From Aminithiophilus ramosus (lineage in GTDB: Bacteria > Synergistota > Synergistia > Synergistales > Aminithiophilaceae), in assembly GCF_018069705.1 (NCBI RefSeq), contig NZ_CP072943.1, positions 1,581,453-1,613,452 on the forward strand: a stretch of DNA of 32,000 bases. Reading direction: 5' to 3'. The notes under the pieces were generated by a model, which was not told the origin of the DNA, made no database searches, and was given only the letters and a program-made list of their open reading frames with translations. A program made the position numbers and the translations under genes. How positions within the stretch are numbered: the first letter of the stretch is position 1; every line of letters begins with the position of its first letter. Shown here in pieces: positions 29,734-32,000 of this stretch.

Positions 29734-30110
29734 GACACTCGGCCCGGTTCCATATCCTCGCGACGGAGGATCACGGAACTGGACGCCGTCTCCCAGACCT
29801 CGATCTCGTGGAGGCGGCAGTTGGGACGGGCCAGGGGCGTTTCGAGCTCCCCCCAGATCCAGCGGGCGATGTACTCGGCCGTGGGCTGTTCGAGAAGATC
29901 GTTGAGGTAGGCATGATCCAGACGGGAGAGGACCTTCTCGTTGACGATGGCCTTCAGCTCGACGAAATCGAGGATCATCCCCTCCCGGTCCGTCTCTCCA
30001 CGAAGCGTTACGGCCAACCGGTAGGTGTGGCCGTGAAGGGCCTCGCACTTGCCGTGATAGTGAATCAGGCGATGAGCCGCGTCGAAGGAGAAGGTCCGTT
30101 TTAAAAACAT
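29730..30110 (-). CDS. 6-pyruvoyl-tetrahydropterin synthase / QueD family (COG0720), possibly PTPS-III or dual PTPS-I/III
   Basis: RTFSFDAAHRLIHYHGKCEALHGHTYRLAVTLRG...GMILDFVELKAIV...LDHAYLNDL...PTAEYIARWIW. Overlaps folP by ATGA. Confidence 0.92.
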   Translation of the reverse strand: MFLKRTFSFDAAHRLIHYHGKCEALHGHTYRLAVTLRGETDREGMILDFVELKAIVNEKVLSRLDHAYLNDLLEQPTAEYIARWIWGELETPLARPNCRLHEIEVWETASSSVILRREDMEPGRVS

Positions 30111-30428
30111 CGAGAATCGCCTCCTCTTTGGGCGGATGGGGCGAAGACGTCACCCCACCTGCAAGGTCTCTCCATCATGAAGGCTTTTTCCTGCAGCGGC
30201 AAGGGGTCTTTTGCCCCTGGGGGGAAGGGAGGGATCTCCTCCGAAACACCTCCCTCTCTCCGTCTTCGTCGGACAGCAGGGCGAAAGGCCGCACGGAACA
30301 GACGCGACGAGTCCCTTCCCGGGGGCGCCGTTTGTCGAAAGGGAGGGACACCGGAACAAAGGAGAGCCCTCTCCCGCGTTTTTGGGGTTAAAATGTCATC
30401 CAAGGCGAAACGACAGGGAGGTGACGCC

Positions 30429-31658
30429 ATGATCGCAGCACAATTCGACGCCTTTTTCCTCGACCTCGACGGCGTCGTCTACATCGGCGACGAACCCACG
30501 CCGGGGACGCCTCTGGTCCTGAAGGAGCTGCGCCGGAAAGGCAAGGAGATCCGGTTCCTCACCAACAACCCCACCTCGGCGGAAGAGATCGTCCGACGTC
30601 TCCGATCCTTGGGCATCGAGTCCCAGGAAAGGGAAGTGGTCACGTCGGGGACGGCCACCGCCGCCCTGCTGGCCGCCAAGGATCTTCGCAAAGCCTGGGT
30701 CCTCGGTCACAAGGGGCTGAAAGAGGCCCTCCTGGCCCGAGGCGTGACGTCGACGGAAGGCGACGGCTGCGACGCCGTCGTCGTCGGTTGGAACGACGAC
30801 ATCACCATGGCAGACATCAGGGAGGCCTCTCTGGCCATCCGTCGGGGAGCTTTTTTCGTGGCCACCAACGAGGACAGGACCTATCCGGGGCCCCAGGGTC
30901 CCCTGGCCGCCGTGGGAACCCTCGTCGAGGCCCTTGTGGCCGGATCGGGACAGAGACCGATCTCCGTCGGCAAACCCCAGCCCTTCATGTTCGACGTCGC
31001 CCTGAAAGGCCTCGGAAGAGGAAAAAGAGCCGTCATGATCGGCGATACGCCCGACGTGGACATCCTCGGCGCCCACCGGTCGGGATTGCCGGCCCTTCTC
31101 ATGGGTGAGGCCGTGACCTTCCCCTACGACCGGGACTTCCGCAATCCCGACGGGAGAATCGCCTCCCTGGAAGACCTTTTCGACGAGTCCCTTTCCGTAG
31201 GGGAATGGGACGGCCCCTCGTACGCCTGGCCTGAAAGGGTGGAGCCCGGCGTTGCCGCCATCGTCCTCGAAGGAGAAAGAGTCCTCCTCATGCGCCGCCG
31301 CGACAACGGCCTCTGGGGCATCCCCTCGGGGCACGTCGAGCCGACGGAAACCGTGGCGGGAGCCGTCCTTCGGGAAATCCGGGAGGAGACGGGAATCGAA
31401 GCCGAAGTGACGGGACTGATCGGCGTCTATTCCGATCCCCGCTCGCAGGTCATGACCTACCCCGACGGACGGATCCGCCACTTCGTCACGACCTGCTTCC
31501 TCTGCCGTCCCACAGGAGGAACCCTTGGAAGGACGGGGCCGGAGACGCTCGACGCGGGCTTCTTCCCTCTCGATTCCCTTCCAGAGCCGATGATGGCCAT
31601 GCACCCCCTCTGGCTCGCCGACGCCCTCGCCGGGTCGAAGGAACCCTTTATCCGTTGA
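30429..31658 (+). CDS. Fusion of a NagD-like HAD (subfamily IIA) phosphatase with a C-terminal Nudix hydrolase domain
   Basis: FFLDLDGVVYIGDEPTPG, LTNNPTS, MIGDTPDVDILGAHRSG (HAD), then Nudix box GHVEPTETVAGAVLREIREETGI. ATG at 30429 preceded by gggaggtgacgcc. Confidence 0.92.
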   Translation: MIAAQFDAFFLDLDGVVYIGDEPTPGTPLVLKELRRKGKEIRFLTNNPTSAEEIVRRLRSLGIESQEREVVTSGTATAALLAAKDLRKAWVLGHKGLKEALLARGVTSTEGDGCDAVVVGWNDDITMADIREASLAIRRGAFFVATNEDRTYPGPQGPLAAVGTLVEALVAGSGQRPISVGKPQPFMFDVALKGLGRGKRAVMIGDTPDVDILGAHRSGLPALLMGEAVTFPYDRDFRNPDGRIASLEDLFDESLSVGEWDGPSYAWPERVEPGVAAIVLEGERVLLMRRRDNGLWGIPSGHVEPTETVAGAVLREIREETGIEAEVTGLIGVYSDPRSQVMTYPDGRIRHFVTTCFLCRPTGGTLGRTGPETLDAGFFPLDSLPEPMMAMHPLWLADALAGSKEPFIR

Positions 31659-31680
31659 GATACCGCTTCGGAAGAGCTTC

Positions 31681-31730
31681 AAAAAAAGCAGGGATGCCGC
31701 CGAGAGAAAGAGCCTCCCGGTGGGCATCCC
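31681..31730 (-). terminator. Rho-independent terminator downstream of tRNA-Sec
   Basis: Minus strand AGGGATGCC...GGCATCCCT followed by GCTTTTTT. A 9-bp perfect outer stem with a large, partly paired interior. Confidence 0.75.
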
Positions 31731-31923
31731 TGAATCCCTGAAGAAGACACCTGAATGGACGCGCCGACCCCAGACCCGTCGAAAGAGAGACAAGAAGACA
31801 GGATCCCTATCGTCACTCGCTGTCCTGATGGTCGATGTCGACGTGACAGAACTGCCTCTGAGGGTGCGAAGCCGGAGCCGACTTTTCGTAAAGTCAACGA
31901 TCGCAGGACGTCACGATTCGGCT

Positions 31924-32000
31924 TGGCGGAGGCGTGTGGGAATCGAACCCACCGGAGCCGGCGCGTACCGACCCCCGACAGATTTGAAGTCTGCACCCGG
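31924..32000 (-). tRNA. selC: tRNA-Sec (anticodon UCA), 5' end truncated by the window edge
   Basis: Minus strand CCGGGTGCAGACTTCAAATCTGTCGGGGGTCGGTACGCGCCGGCTCCGGTGGGTTCGATTCCCACACGCCTCCGCCA: anticodon loop CTTCAAA, GTTCGAT T-loop, a long variable arm, 8 bases on the 3' acceptor side, discriminator G and encoded CCA. Confidence 0.92.

Noticed and set aside
29734-30153. N-terminal extension of the 546-aa folP ORF
   Set aside because: This stretch overlaps queD/PTPS in another frame and lacks protein-like conservation. ATG at 29733 gives a normal FolP start.
30155-30428. Possible preQ1 or THF riboswitch between the PTPS gene and the HAD-Nudix gene
   Set aside because: I could not match conserved riboswitch cores. 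The region has several GC-rich partial hairpins but nothing diagnostic; a covariance-model search would be needed.

Overview
This 32 kb window is GC-rich, gene-dense bacterial chromosome. The protein character and the selenocysteine tRNA suggest Synergistota, but that is inference. Most genes are on the minus strand in tight, start/stop-overlapping operons: guaB; rimP-nusA-ylxR-ylxQ(L7Ae)-infB-DUF503-rbfA-DHH phosphoesterase-truB-ribF; a PIN/TRAM protein-ispDF-RlpA-like group; a WecG-type glycosyltransferase-DUF951-rlmH-ybaB-recR group; uvrC-ribD-ribE-ribBA-ribH-serS; pepA-hypothetical; a cytosolic MCP-PhnD fusion; and a PTPS/QueD-like gene with folP. On the plus strand are cysS, a type IV prepilin-like gene and a HAD-Nudix fusion. 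The right edge carries a truncated minus-strand tRNA-Sec (anticodon UCA). I found no CRISPR array, transposon, phage or obvious defence island, and no strong evidence of a wholly new system. The best leads are: (1) a soluble chemoreceptor signalling module fused to a PhnD-like binding domain; (2) a degenerate WecA/MraY-like membrane domain fused to a GT26 glycosyltransferase; (3) a PTPS with a Cys+Glu active-site signature next to folP, a likely FolB bypass; (4) a strong promoter followed by a perfect intrinsic terminator in the rimP-nusA leader; (5) a perfect 30-bp-arm inverted repeat containing the stop codons of two convergent genes; (6) a perfect 28-bp palindrome next to a putative pilin promoter.
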